Assembly (NCBI GenBank): GCA_008369845.1
Contig: MRSU01006943.1
Location: forward strand, 1 to 33,011
DNA from: Trichomonas gallinae
Lineage: Eukaryota
Direction: 5' to 3'
DNA: 33,011 nt
Every line of letters begins with the position of its first letter. The stretch's first letter is position 1. Below are positions 1-10,470 of the stretch, piece by piece. Below the pieces are notes generated by a model. The model was not told the origin of the DNA. It ran no database searches and worked only from the letters and a program-made list of their open reading frames with translations. The position numbers and the translations under genes were made by a program.

Positions 1-1535
1 TCTTGAAGATAGAATGTCAATTTATGACGTCCTTTCGATAAACCTGATTTGATTGTATAAAAGTATGCAAAGGTTCCAAGCTGATTAGTGGACACAAAGC
101 TACCAACAGATTCAGCATTTCCATTGTCAAGCCTTGCATACAATGTGACTTTTTGATTTGCGTTCGGATCAGTTCCTTCACCATAGATAATGATTTCATG
201 CTCTTCATTGTATAAAAGTCTTTCATCAGAAAGGAATATCGAAGCGATGTATGGTCTATCTGCCAATTTATATTCGAATGGATGTGTTGTCACATGTGAC
301 TTCAATCCATATTCATCTTGAGCCCAAATTGATAAATTATGCTTTCCAAATTGTAATGTTTTCGGCAGTGGAATATTCTTGAAGAAAGTTTCTTTTCCAG
401 CATCAGCTGTATATATTCCAAATCGATCAATGACAGGTGATAAATCATCAAACTGATAGCCAATCCAAGCTGCATATTCATCATCCATATATCCTTCAAC
501 ATAGATTAAATCATTCGGATTGTAATCAGGCTGGAATGAACTTGTGATAACAAATTGTGGTGGTTTTGCACCTTTTGCATATATTTTCTTTTTAAGAGTT
601 CGCGACTTGCGGCCTGTTGAATCTGTCACATAAGCAGAAATGTCATAAGTTTTGCCTGCTTCTAATGTCAGTGTATAATATACTCCTCTCAAAACTTTAT
701 CTGCTCCTTCTTTAGCAGGAATTGGTTTTGATTTTAGTTTTTTGTCATTCACATGAACATGAAATGTGAGATTGTCGTCTGGATCGTAGTCAAGAATTAC
801 GTATGTAAGATTTTGTTCACCTTCTTTTTGGTTTAAATCAGGAGTTCTATCAAATATGAATGGCTCGGTTGAATAAATAGATTTAGGAGCAGCGATGAAT
901 CCAAATTCGCCATTCCCTCCAGCTCTAATAAATCTGTTTTGCCACGAGAATGCAAAAACTGTGTCATCAAGGGTCGTGGTTGATTCAATTGAGTTGTTCC
1001 AATAAGGATAGAAGTTTCTGTCCATTCTTTCAGAGCCAGGAAGCTTACCAAGATATAAAGTATCAACAGCAGGGTAGTTCGATCCATTCACTATGAGCAT
1101 GACAAGACTCTGATCTCCTTGTACTGCTGATTTGATCTCGAATGCTCTCCTGTTGAGAACAATAGAAAGTGTATCTTGATCTGTTTTGAAATTTGCATCT
1201 GCGAACACGCCTAGGTCGAAGTTAAGGTATCTTTCTTGGTCATAGTTTTGTATAGCAACATGTAATCGTAAGCAATCTGGATCTTTCTCAACTTGTTGTC
1301 CGAAATATACTCTGTACTTCTCAGTGACGATATCTGAGTTCCATTCTAGGAATTTGAGCTCTTGATTTGGGTCATCTCTATCACGGAATGCGACGTAGAA
1401 GCCATCACCACGTGTGACAGAAGTTTCAGTCGATCCATCATCGTAAGATAGATCAAATGCTGTTTTCTTTCGATTGTTGGGAGGAATTAACCTAATTTTT
1501 GAACAGATGACTAGGTCAATAAATAAAGAAAGCAT
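1..1535 (-). CDS. Bap-like / Ig-fold repeat secreted or surface protein; paralogue of 4503-7751; 3' part runs off the window
   Basis: Absent from the ORF track because no stop lies in the window. Hand translation from ATG at 1535 gives MLSLFIDLVICSKIRLIPPNNRKKTAFDLSYDDGSTETS...FDLGVFADANFKTDQDTLSIVLNRRAFEIKSA...SIWAQDEYGLKS...KLTFYLQ, open to the edge and collinear with about aa 1-510 of the 1082-aa protein. Confidence 0.9.
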   Translation of the reverse strand, partial: MLSLFIDLVICSKIRLIPPNNRKKTAFDLSYDDGSTETSVTRGDGFYVAFRDRDDPNQELKFLEWNSDIVTEKYRVYFGQQVEKDPDCLRLHVAIQNYDQERYLNFDLGVFADANFKTDQDTLSIVLNRRAFEIKSAVQGDQSLVMLIVNGSNYPAVDTLYLGKLPGSERMDRNFYPYWNNSIESTTTLDDTVFAFSWQNRFIRAGGNGEFGFIAAPKSIYSTEPFIFDRTPDLNQKEGEQNLTYVILDYDPDDNLTFHVHVNDKKLKSKPIPAKEGADKVLRGVYYTLTLEAGKTYDISAYVTDSTGRKSRTLKKKIYAKGAKPPQFVITSSFQPDYNPNDLIYVEGYMDDEYAAWIGYQFDDLSPVIDRFGIYTADAGKETFFKNIPLPKTLQFGKHNLSIWAQDEYGLKSHVTTHPFEYKLADRPYIASIFLSDERLLYNEEHEIIIYGEGTDPNANQKVTLYARLDNGNAESVGSFVSTNQLGTFAYFYTIKSGLSKGRHKLTFYLQ

Positions 1536-3279
1536 GATAAATTCTGTTTATGAGTTTCTTTTATAACTATTGAATATTTCAATAGTTCTTCAATCAAAAG
1601 TTTGATTGTAAAACGACAGAAATTTTTTCCATTTTTGTTCTCCTTATTTTTAGATACAATATTTGTGATTTTCGTATCAAACAATGTCAAAATATTTAAG
1701 AGCTTTTGATTTTTCAAACAATCTAAATTATCTATTATCAGCTCTTGTGTTGTTAGTTAATTTGATTTTGTATAAAATCGCATAAAATCACTTAATCAAA
1801 CTTCATTTGTACATCATTGATATCAAAAGCCTATAAATAAAAAAATAGATAATGTGAATTTTATCCTGACACAAGTATTTAATATTGAATGCATAAACGA
1901 TCATCGAGTAGATTTATTTCAATGTCAAATATGACATAAAGATACAATGATGTAGATCTGTATTTATTACTAGTCAAGCGAACAAAATATTTATCAAACA
2001 CTGGCAGACGTATATGAAATTTTATCAAACATTCACAAAATTTATTTCAAGTCGGCTTTGATTCCAAAATATTTGATAAACAGTGAATATAATGTTTATT
2101 ACAAGAGATTAATTTTTATTCAAATAAAAATTATAAATCTTACGAATATTTTCAATTCAAATTTCAATGCAATTTAAAGTGAAAATAATCATAAGCCTCA
2201 TAATTATAGTACGCGCCCGTAAAAACTTGCGAAAACTATATAATTGTATATTATGTTAATTTTTTAATAATTTTATCAAATGAATGTTTATCACTCATAA
2301 AAGCAATTGTAAATACCCTATATATTAATAATTTACTGTGATCAATGCTATTGTTCTGTAAATTTTATGTAATTAGAATATTTGTGGTTTCATTCTTCCT
2401 ATTTTGAGCATACTGGATATCATAAATCATTACAATAAACCACACATCATATATATTTTAAATAATTATAATCATAAAGCTAATTTTAGAACAGATGAGA
2501 TGAATTGCAAAAGAAGCATTAATAAATTTGAAGTTAACATATACATATTGGATATTTATGTATATTCGGTTGCTTTCGGTTGTGCGATTCGTTAATTAAT
2601 AGCTTCCATGGATACATTGGTGGAAATTTTTCCCCCTCCCGTGATTTGTACGTTATAAAAGAGCTCACTTTTTCGGCCTCGGTCATGGTTATCGCCGCTG
2701 TTCTCAACCACGACTTCGAAAAGCTGATAGTAATCGAGGCATAATAAAAGTATACCTCAAAAGGCTTATTATGAACGCTATTACCTTTCCTTTTACTAAA
2801 AATTAGGACAAGATAATTTGAAAAAATTTCAAATTCCGATTTTAAGCCCCAAAAGTTGTTTTTCGACACTTCATAGCATAAGACTTCGGAACCTCATTAG
2901 AAACATATATGTTAGGTTTTCGAATTTCGCCCCGCGAAAATGAGCCTGAGTTATAGCATATCCTCTTAAATGCAATCACAGGAATACTAGTTATAATTAT
3001 TCAGAAGTTTTCAGAAAAATTGTACAGATAATTTTCGAGATCTTGTATCAAACTCTACAAAAATATACGGTTAGCTTATTATTTCTATTAAGTTATGCAC
3101 ATAATTTGATTCATGTACTTACATATCAACTTTACTCAACACAAAACAGGAAATTTAAATTGACAATAATTCTATTTTCTAAAGTACGACAATTTTTGTA
3201 TGTATATACTTTCTTTATTATACAGTTCTTGCGTTTTGGCTCAAAAATATTTTCATTTTTTTTGTTTGTTATTCCAAGT

Positions 3280-3500
3280 TTTGCAAGATCAAGAAATCGA
3301 AAGTTTGATTAGTCATTTTGATGGCGAAAACACAAGAGAACTAGTTACATGCATACATATCTTTACAAAATGGAGAACAAAGATCGATTCCGTATCGAAG
3401 CCTTTCGCGAATTAATCTTATCGAAGTGTATTAGCAAAAAAGAATAGATGCGAAAAAGCAAACTATTTCAGCAAAGTTCGGCCAAAGAAACAAAAGAATG
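3280..3500 (+). pseudogene. Possible short frameshifted gene relic
   Basis: Coding-like composition in AT-rich DNA. Peptides QDQEIESLISHFDGENTRELV and, in another frame, MENKDRFRIEAFRELILSKCISKKE*. No family recognised. Confidence 0.2.
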
Positions 3501-4502
3501 TTTCTTTCTTTATATATTTTCAAAATTATAACAATATTTCATAAGTTTTGGTTAAATATGCTGTAATGCGTAATTATATGAGTAGATTAAAAATACAATC
3601 GATCATATTATTTCATATATAGTAATACTGTTTTTTTGATCAGAAAATGAAATATTTAAAGAAAAAAAAATTTTAAAACTTTATTAACGATTAATGATGC
3701 GCCTGGTACTCAGAAATTTTTATTGGATCATAAAAAAAAATACGGTTCTGACTTTGTCCGGCCAAAGTGTCCAAGTTTTTTAGGCTCATAACGTGACAAT
3801 TTTGATTTTTTACAGTGGCAATAAATTACAAAATATATTTTTATCAATAAAATGATCAGAACATGGCGTCGTCAGTGAAGTCCATTTTACGATCTTTGTC
3901 CAAAAATGAGGAATTGTATCTTTATACTCTGTCAAATATATACTCTTCTCATATTTTATCTATTATTATAACATTTCATTCAATTTAAACGAAAAAGTGA
4001 CTATTTTCTTTTTCTATTTTTTTCCTACAAAATAAGGTTATCAAAGTTAAAGAAGTGAATATTGATTAAATGATGAAGTGCGTAATCATGTATTCAAATA
4101 TAGCAGATGTTTCATGATCCTGTATAACAGTTTTATGAAATTAGTTAGATGAAGGTGTAAATATTATATAAAATTGTAGCAAGTGAACTTGAAAATCAAG
4201 CCCAGGCATCCTGATTTATATACATAATAGATATAAAGTAAGTAGAGTTCTATTTTTATAATGTTTAATGCTTTTGAATATACCTTATTTTGAAACTCTA
4301 ATCATGACAATTATTCTAAAGACGATATACTGGTTTTTATAATGAATATGGGAAAATTCTGGTTTACCATATTTAATACGATAAAACTATCATTTTGGTA
4401 AATACTAAACATTTTCACTTAAAATTTATATCATCAAATTTTGAATTTGACGCTATATTATAGTCTTTATAATTAGATTATATTGACTACAAATTCATCT
4501 GT

Positions 4503-7500
4503 TTATTTCCTATTGATTACAACCGTTACTGTTATAGTTTTTTGTGATTGGCTTCCTTCAGAGTCACGTGCATAAATTGTGACGTCATACGTTCCTGGTT
4601 CGACATCAGGAACTGTCCAGAAGTAGGCAACAGGCTTTCTTTGCCCAGCATTTTCTGTATTTAAGTAATAAAGAACTCTTTGCTCTTCATATTTGGAATC
4701 AAGGCCAACCTTGACGAAGATCTCGATGTAATCTTTCTGGTTATCAGCGATTGAAACATATCCGAGAATTTTGTCGCCAACAGTAACAATCTTCTTGCTC
4801 AAGCCAGCTTTATCCAACTTCGGCGGATCATAAGGTCTCAGAATAAATTCTTTCTTAACTTTTTCGGACTCTATGTAATATTTATCTTCGGCAAATAAAA
4901 TAATTCCCCATGGCTCATCTCTAGGATATAAATCATCTGGTATTGGAAGATATTTTTCAAATGTATATGTAGGATGAGACCATTTGTTGACCTCGAGGAG
5001 AAGTTTAGTTTTTCCTTCGTGTACTCCATCGACAAATTGATAATAAATGTCAACCATTCCTTCTTTGTCTTCAAATGAGCCAGATATCTTAATCTTACTT
5101 AATTGATGATATGATCTATTAATTTCATTAAACCTGAGAATTGGTTTATCAGTGAGGGAAATTTTTTTGTTAATTTCATTTGATACTAATTTAGCACCTT
5201 CTTCCATATCTTCTGCGACGAAATTATAATTGAGAACTTTAAAGCCAGGAGTGATTGGAATTGATTCAGTAAATGTCTCTGGTGTTCCTTTGTTTTTAAA
5301 TGTGTTTGATATTGTTGTTGTTGAATTAATTGTGAGATTATATCTGATTGTCTCGCCCGGATCGGCATCTGCGATAGTGAATGAAAGATTGACAATGTCT
5401 CCAATTTCCATTGATTCAACTTTCGTATTATCGATTACTCTTGGCGGTGTCTTAACCTTATCGTGTGCGGCAACAAGGACAGCAAATGTTGTTGGTGCAT
5501 TTGGACTAATGATGTGTTTCCATGAGAAAGCATAACCTGTGTTGACACCGCGTAATTCTCTTGTTCTCGTTGTATCTGTTGAAGCAAAGAATGGAATTTG
5601 ATGAGCAGGAATTTCTTCTGCTCCCTCCCTTTCAACTGGTGCAAGGAAGTGCCTTGTTACTGAGGGTGATCTGTAAACATCTCTCGTGAGGATTGTGTAG
5701 TGGATCTTTTTGGCTTCGTTTGTAACAATGAAACCTCTTTCATCGTCTCTCATTTTGATTACACTGTTGTCATCACCAGCGAAGTCAGAGTCAGCGAAAA
5801 CACCAAGCTCAAAAGCCCTTGGCCAATAATTATTGTTTGTAACTGTGAACTGAAGTCGCTTATATCCTGTTTCATAATCAGTGAATGTTCTGTAAGAAAC
5901 CATGAAATTATCGGCCTCTACAGTAGTTTGGTAACCACCTGAATATTGCATAATATTGGTCTTCATTGGTTTACCTCCTTCCGCATTAGTCCAGACTCTG
6001 AATGCGGCAAAGAAACCTTCGTTGTTGAAAGTCATGTTGGAGCCTATGCCATCGACATCGTAGTATTTAAGGTTGAATAAAGCGTTACTTGGATTTTTGA
6101 TTGTTTCCCTGGTTATATCTTCAATTCTTCCAATTTCTGATGGTGGAAGTGCAGCATCTGGATCATAGATGAGGAATGATAATGTTGTTTCGTTTCGTGA
6201 TCGCTTAGATTTTTCATCTTCGAGATAGAATGTAATCGTATGACGCTTTGTTGATAGACCAGATTTGATTGGGAAGAAGAATGCAAACGGTTCAACTGTA
6301 GAAGTGGAAACAAAACTGCCAACAGGTTCACGATTTCCATCATCGATCTTTGCATACAATGTGACTGTTTGTCCTCGATCTGGATCTGTTCCATCACCAT
6401 AGATAACGATTTCGTGGTCCTGATTAAAAATAAGTCTTTCATCTGACAGATACAATGATGTAATATATGGCCTGTCTGGATTATTATAATAAAACAAATG
6501 ATTTATAGGTTCTGATTTCAATCCATAAACATCTTGAGCCCAAATTGTTAAATTATGCTTTTCTCCAAGTTTTAATGATGAAGGTATTTGGACACTTTTG
6601 TGGAATGTTTCATAGCCAACATAATATGCATAATCTTCGAATAGTAATATAGGATCATAATCATCAAATTGATAGTACACGTATACATACAGCTCATCAT
6701 CTGTTTTACCTTCGATGTAAATCAAATCTTTTGGATTATAATCATCTTGGAATACACTTGTTATGTGGAGTTCCGGAGTTTTACCTCCATATGCATAGAT
6801 TGTGTTTTTAATTCTATTGGACTCTCGGCCTGATTTATCTACTAGCCAAGCTTCATAATGGTAACTCTTACCTCTAACTAAGCTGATGTTAAAATAAGCT
6901 TTTCTCAAAACTTTATCAACCCCTGCTTTTGCAGTAATACCTTGAATCGTCTTACGTTTTCCGTTAATTTCACAATGCATTGTGAGATTATCATCTGGAT
7001 CATAATCGAGAATTTCGAATAAAAGCTGTTTTTCCCCCGTTTCCTGGTTTAAGTCAGGTGTGATGTCAAATAAAAATGGTTCAGTAGAATATGTAGACTT
7101 CGGAACAGCGATGAAGCCGAATTCGTCATATCCACCACTGCCAATTCGACGATTTTGCCATGAAAATGCAAAAACGGAGTCATCGGTTTTCGTAGTGGAT
7201 TCTAATGAGTTATTCCAATATGGGTAGAAGTTTCTGTCCATGTTCTCTGAGTTTTGAAGTTTGCCAAGGTATAGAGTGTCAACAGAATGATAATATGAAC
7301 CATTCACAATGAGCATGACAAGACTTTCGTCGTTGTCTTTGGCAGATTTGATCTCAAATGCTCTCCTGTTGAGAACGATTGATAGTGTATCTTGATCTGT
7401 CTTGAAATTAGCATCAGCAAACACGCCAAGATCAAATTTGAGTGGCTTTTCTTGGTCATAATTTTGAATTCCGATGAACAATTGTAAACAATCTGCATCG

Positions 7501-7751
7501 CGATCGTCATGTGTTCCCATGTAGACTCTGTACCTTGACGTGAGTATCTCTGAGTTGTATTGGAGGAATTTTAGCTCACCCTTTTCGTCATCTTTGTCAC
7601 GGAATGCTACATAGAAACCTTCCTTTCCAGTGATCGAAGTTTCAGTTCCATCCATAACATAAGATAGATCAAATGCTGTTTTTGTTGTGTCTTTTGTTGC
7701 ATCTAGTTTCATTCTTGCACATATTGCAAGGTTGATTAGTATCGAAAGCAT
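4503..7751 (-). CDS. Bap-like / bacterial Ig-cadherin-like repeat secreted or surface protein, 1082 aa, architecture [module A + 3 Ig-like] x2
   Basis: Long ORF with a short hydrophobic N-terminus. About 100-aa beta-rich repeats start with P-x-(L/I) and carry DxD (DYDPDD, DPDRG, DADPG) and AxDxxG (AQDVYG, ARDSEG) motifs. The LGVFAD...FSW module occurs twice. No C-terminal TM. Confidence 0.85.
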   Translation of the reverse strand: MLSILINLAICARMKLDATKDTTKTAFDLSYVMDGTETSITGKEGFYVAFRDKDDEKGELKFLQYNSEILTSRYRVYMGTHDDRDADCLQLFIGIQNYDQEKPLKFDLGVFADANFKTDQDTLSIVLNRRAFEIKSAKDNDESLVMLIVNGSYYHSVDTLYLGKLQNSENMDRNFYPYWNNSLESTTKTDDSVFAFSWQNRRIGSGGYDEFGFIAVPKSTYSTEPFLFDITPDLNQETGEKQLLFEILDYDPDDNLTMHCEINGKRKTIQGITAKAGVDKVLRKAYFNISLVRGKSYHYEAWLVDKSGRESNRIKNTIYAYGGKTPELHITSVFQDDYNPKDLIYIEGKTDDELYVYVYYQFDDYDPILLFEDYAYYVGYETFHKSVQIPSSLKLGEKHNLTIWAQDVYGLKSEPINHLFYYNNPDRPYITSLYLSDERLIFNQDHEIVIYGDGTDPDRGQTVTLYAKIDDGNREPVGSFVSTSTVEPFAFFFPIKSGLSTKRHTITFYLEDEKSKRSRNETTLSFLIYDPDAALPPSEIGRIEDITRETIKNPSNALFNLKYYDVDGIGSNMTFNNEGFFAAFRVWTNAEGGKPMKTNIMQYSGGYQTTVEADNFMVSYRTFTDYETGYKRLQFTVTNNNYWPRAFELGVFADSDFAGDDNSVIKMRDDERGFIVTNEAKKIHYTILTRDVYRSPSVTRHFLAPVEREGAEEIPAHQIPFFASTDTTRTRELRGVNTGYAFSWKHIISPNAPTTFAVLVAAHDKVKTPPRVIDNTKVESMEIGDIVNLSFTIADADPGETIRYNLTINSTTTISNTFKNKGTPETFTESIPITPGFKVLNYNFVAEDMEEGAKLVSNEINKKISLTDKPILRFNEINRSYHQLSKIKISGSFEDKEGMVDIYYQFVDGVHEGKTKLLLEVNKWSHPTYTFEKYLPIPDDLYPRDEPWGIILFAEDKYYIESEKVKKEFILRPYDPPKLDKAGLSKKIVTVGDKILGYVSIADNQKDYIEIFVKVGLDSKYEEQRVLYYLNTENAGQRKPVAYFWTVPDVEPGTYDVTIYARDSEGSQSQKTITVTVVINRK

Positions 7752-7776
7752 GAAAAATACTATTTGTGTAAATCAG

Positions 7777-7804
7777 TAACGATAATTGAATAATTCAGAC
7801 GATA
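7777..7804 (-). promoter_or_regulatory. Two Myb recognition element-like sites (gene-strand TATCGTTA and TATCGTC)
   Basis: TAACGATA at 7777-7784 and GACGATA at 7798-7804, 26 and 47 nt upstream of the ATG at 7751. They resemble the MRE-1/MRE-2 elements of the T. vaginalis ap65-1 promoter. Confidence 0.35.
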
Positions 7805-8954
7805 TAATTGATAGAAACCACTTCATATGCATTCAAATATTTCATTGTTTGATAACAAACTTTGTCAAAAAATAATTTATCTGAAAATCTTGTATTAAGC
7901 TTAAAATATATCATTATTCCAATGTTCGTAAAATTTTATATCTGAAAAGTTTGTATTTCACAGTTTAAATAATATTAAAGATATCAATATTTCACATCTG
8001 CGAAGTTTTAAGAATAGTCGCTAATAAAAATAATGTAAAACCTATAAACTCAATTTCTATTTTATTTATCTATTTATATGTTTTACTACCTCTGGAATCA
8101 TCCTTGTCAATATTTTTTGACAATTTAATACAAAATTGGATGCTTTTCTGTTCATTGTAAATTTTGAATATTTTTTTGCATAACCTGTAATTTTTAAATC
8201 TCTCAAAAAGACTCATGATTCTTCAGCTTGTCATGCATGTTGAAATCATATTGAAAATATGTGCTGTTTTGAGAAACTAATCGAAATTCAAAGTTTATGA
8301 AAGTCGGCACTAATATTACTATAACAAATCACGATATCATTTGCAGCAAATAAAACCTGATCAAGCTTTGCCTTTCAAAATAATCGGAATAAATTTTATT
8401 TATATCAAATATATATTCCTTATCATTAGATCTATAAAGCTAACAGAAATAAAACAATATCTTTTGGATTCCTAATATTGTATCAAACGCAACATGAATA
8501 TTTTTATAGAATATTAAACTACAAGTAATAAGCAATATAATTATTATTAATTTTCGATTTAAAGCTTGATGTAAATTTTGGATAAATCAAATAAAATAAA
8601 GTTTCATTTTTAAGGTATAAAGCTACTTTTGAGTTTTTCATACAAAATTTTATAGCTGTAAAAACATCAACTAATTTACATATATGTACGTATCAAGGTT
8701 TTGCACACGATGATTTTTGAGTAATATGTTTGCAAAATTTAACGTTTTGACGTGTAAAATCATCTTGTCGAAATTATCATGCAATGTTAAAATACATAAG
8801 ATTCAACTCTTAAACTAATTAATGCAATGGGAATATGGCATTAGTCTCCAATAAAACAATACATTTTCTAAGTCAGCATGTTTGAAATCTGACAATTTTG
8901 ACTCCTAAAAAATCTATGTAAAAATATAATGATTCAAACAATTTAGCTTAATTT

Positions 8955-10088
8955 TTACTCGTATCCAAAAAATATAAATATAATAAATGCATAATTAAGA
9001 AGTAATGAACAATCATCATTGATAGTATTGCAGAATAGATCAGCACTGCCAATCATACTGACAATCATCTTGCCATTGCCTGACCAAACGCCTGGCGCAT
9101 GGTAAACATTGTAGAATAAATAGCCACTCTTCTTATCAAATGGATATGGTTTGTTGTCAATATATTCATATAATTCATTACGAGCTTCAATGCTACCATG
9201 TGGGATGATGGCATTTTGGCTGAGTATCCATGAGCTACCGCCACCTGATCCATTATGAGATGCAAATCCACCATACCAGCCACCTCCTGATCCAGATCTG
9301 ACACTTTGTCCAACACCTTGTTGTACGCCAAATTTATTTTTACTGTCATTAAGTTGAGCAGCAGCTCCAGATTCAAAGGTAAAACCAAAAGTTGAATTTG
9401 CCAGTATCTTATCATTATAAATTCCGTCAATCCAATATCTTTGAACAGTTAAACTACCTCCTGATCCATCATCTTCTTGAAATGGCGTACCAATGTCGAT
9501 ATCAGTACCACCACCTCCTCCAGAGATTATCACGCGATGCCAAAGATCATTTTCAATGAATTTAAGAGCTGTCTGTCATCCACCTGACACAGATCCACCT
9601 CATTTCCAGTTTGAGCTACCTCCATCCCCACCGTAGCCTCCTCGAATCATGTTTTGAATCTGATAATTGGAAGATTCATCAGTAGGGTTGTTGTTTTTTC
9701 GGCCAAACTGTCCTTTCCCGCCTATTGTTGCATAAGCTTTGATGGTTTGATAGATCTTAATTGTGCCAGCGACATATCCTCCAGCTCCTGCACGATTAGC
9801 TGTGTTGATACATGCTGTATTTCCATGATCAATGCATTTATTCTTTGAAATTGTGTAAGAGCTTACAATATTATTGGTGCTACCTCCTGATGCACCATAT
9901 AGTTCAAATTTGTAGATGCCAGGTGTGATTGAGAATTCAAAATCATGACATTCAAAATTTGAAGAGCATGGATATGTGAAATCATAACTTTTCTTGGATG
10001 AATCGAAGGTAACACCTGTTGGAAGATCGTTTGAATTGAATACAAGAATTGATTGTCAGTTTGTCGTTCCTAATTTAGATTCTGTCAC
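8955..10088 (-). pseudogene. Trichomonad glycine-rich protein (ALK/LTK Gly-rich-like domain family) pseudogene
   Basis: One continuous frame reads FTYPCSSNFECHDF...PGIYKFELYGASGG...AGAGGYVAG...YATIGGKG...GGYGG...NDLWHRVIISGGGGG...GSGGGWYGG...GSGGGSSW. In-frame TGA at 10056-10058, 9600-9602 and 9576-9578. No ATG at the 5' end; a GTG at 10088 follows an in-frame TAA. The 192-aa ORF in the track is only the 3' half. Confidence 0.85.
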
Positions 10089-10303
10089 TTATCTATTTTA
10101 CACTTCAATCTGACATGTAAACCTATCACTTTTTGATCATGCATTTCCGTATGCCACAATAGTTTAATAAAATAATAAAATTAAAAAAAATAATAATCTG
10201 TTATATTCAAATTTGTTTATATCTGAAAAGTGGGATTTTAAAATCGAATTATGTTATAAATGTTATATTTATAGTAAAAATGAAAACGATGGTGTTCACA
10301 AAT

Positions 10304-10317
10304 AACGGCGAGCCGTT
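10304..10317. promoter_or_regulatory. Inverted pair of Myb-type AACGG cores (AACGGC-GA-GCCGTT)
   Basis: Perfect 6-bp inverted repeat, GC-rich, in the AT-rich divergent intergenic region. Confidence 0.4.
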
Positions 10318-10470
10318 GACCTCATAATATTAATTATATATATAGTATTGTGCGATCATTTTTGATGATTTTAAATTTCAATCATATTGAATTATGATTA
10401 GCTTTGAAATTATTTTTTCCATTAATAATATATTCGATGTATAAAATATTCAATATTAATTCAATATTTC

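Noticed and set aside
2714..2730. Hammerhead-like words CGAAA and CTGATAG
   Set aside because: Not CUGANGA, and the order and spacing are incompatible with the hammerhead core.
2786..2835. U5 snRNA loop-I-like CCTTTTACTAAA
   Set aside because: Lacks the invariant G of GCCUUUUAC, has no extended closing stem and no clear Sm site.
1511..3312. Intergenic ORFs 1511-1717, 2404-2595, 2534-2869, 3043-3312
   Set aside because: AT-rich I/F/K/N-biased translations, mostly non-ATG starts, no recognisable domains.
9576..10058. Genome-wide TGA reassignment or selenocysteine decoding
   Set aside because: TGA terminates LC8 at its canonical end and also the BTB gene, the long ORFs contain no internal TGA, and the affected positions align with Gly rather than Cys or Trp.
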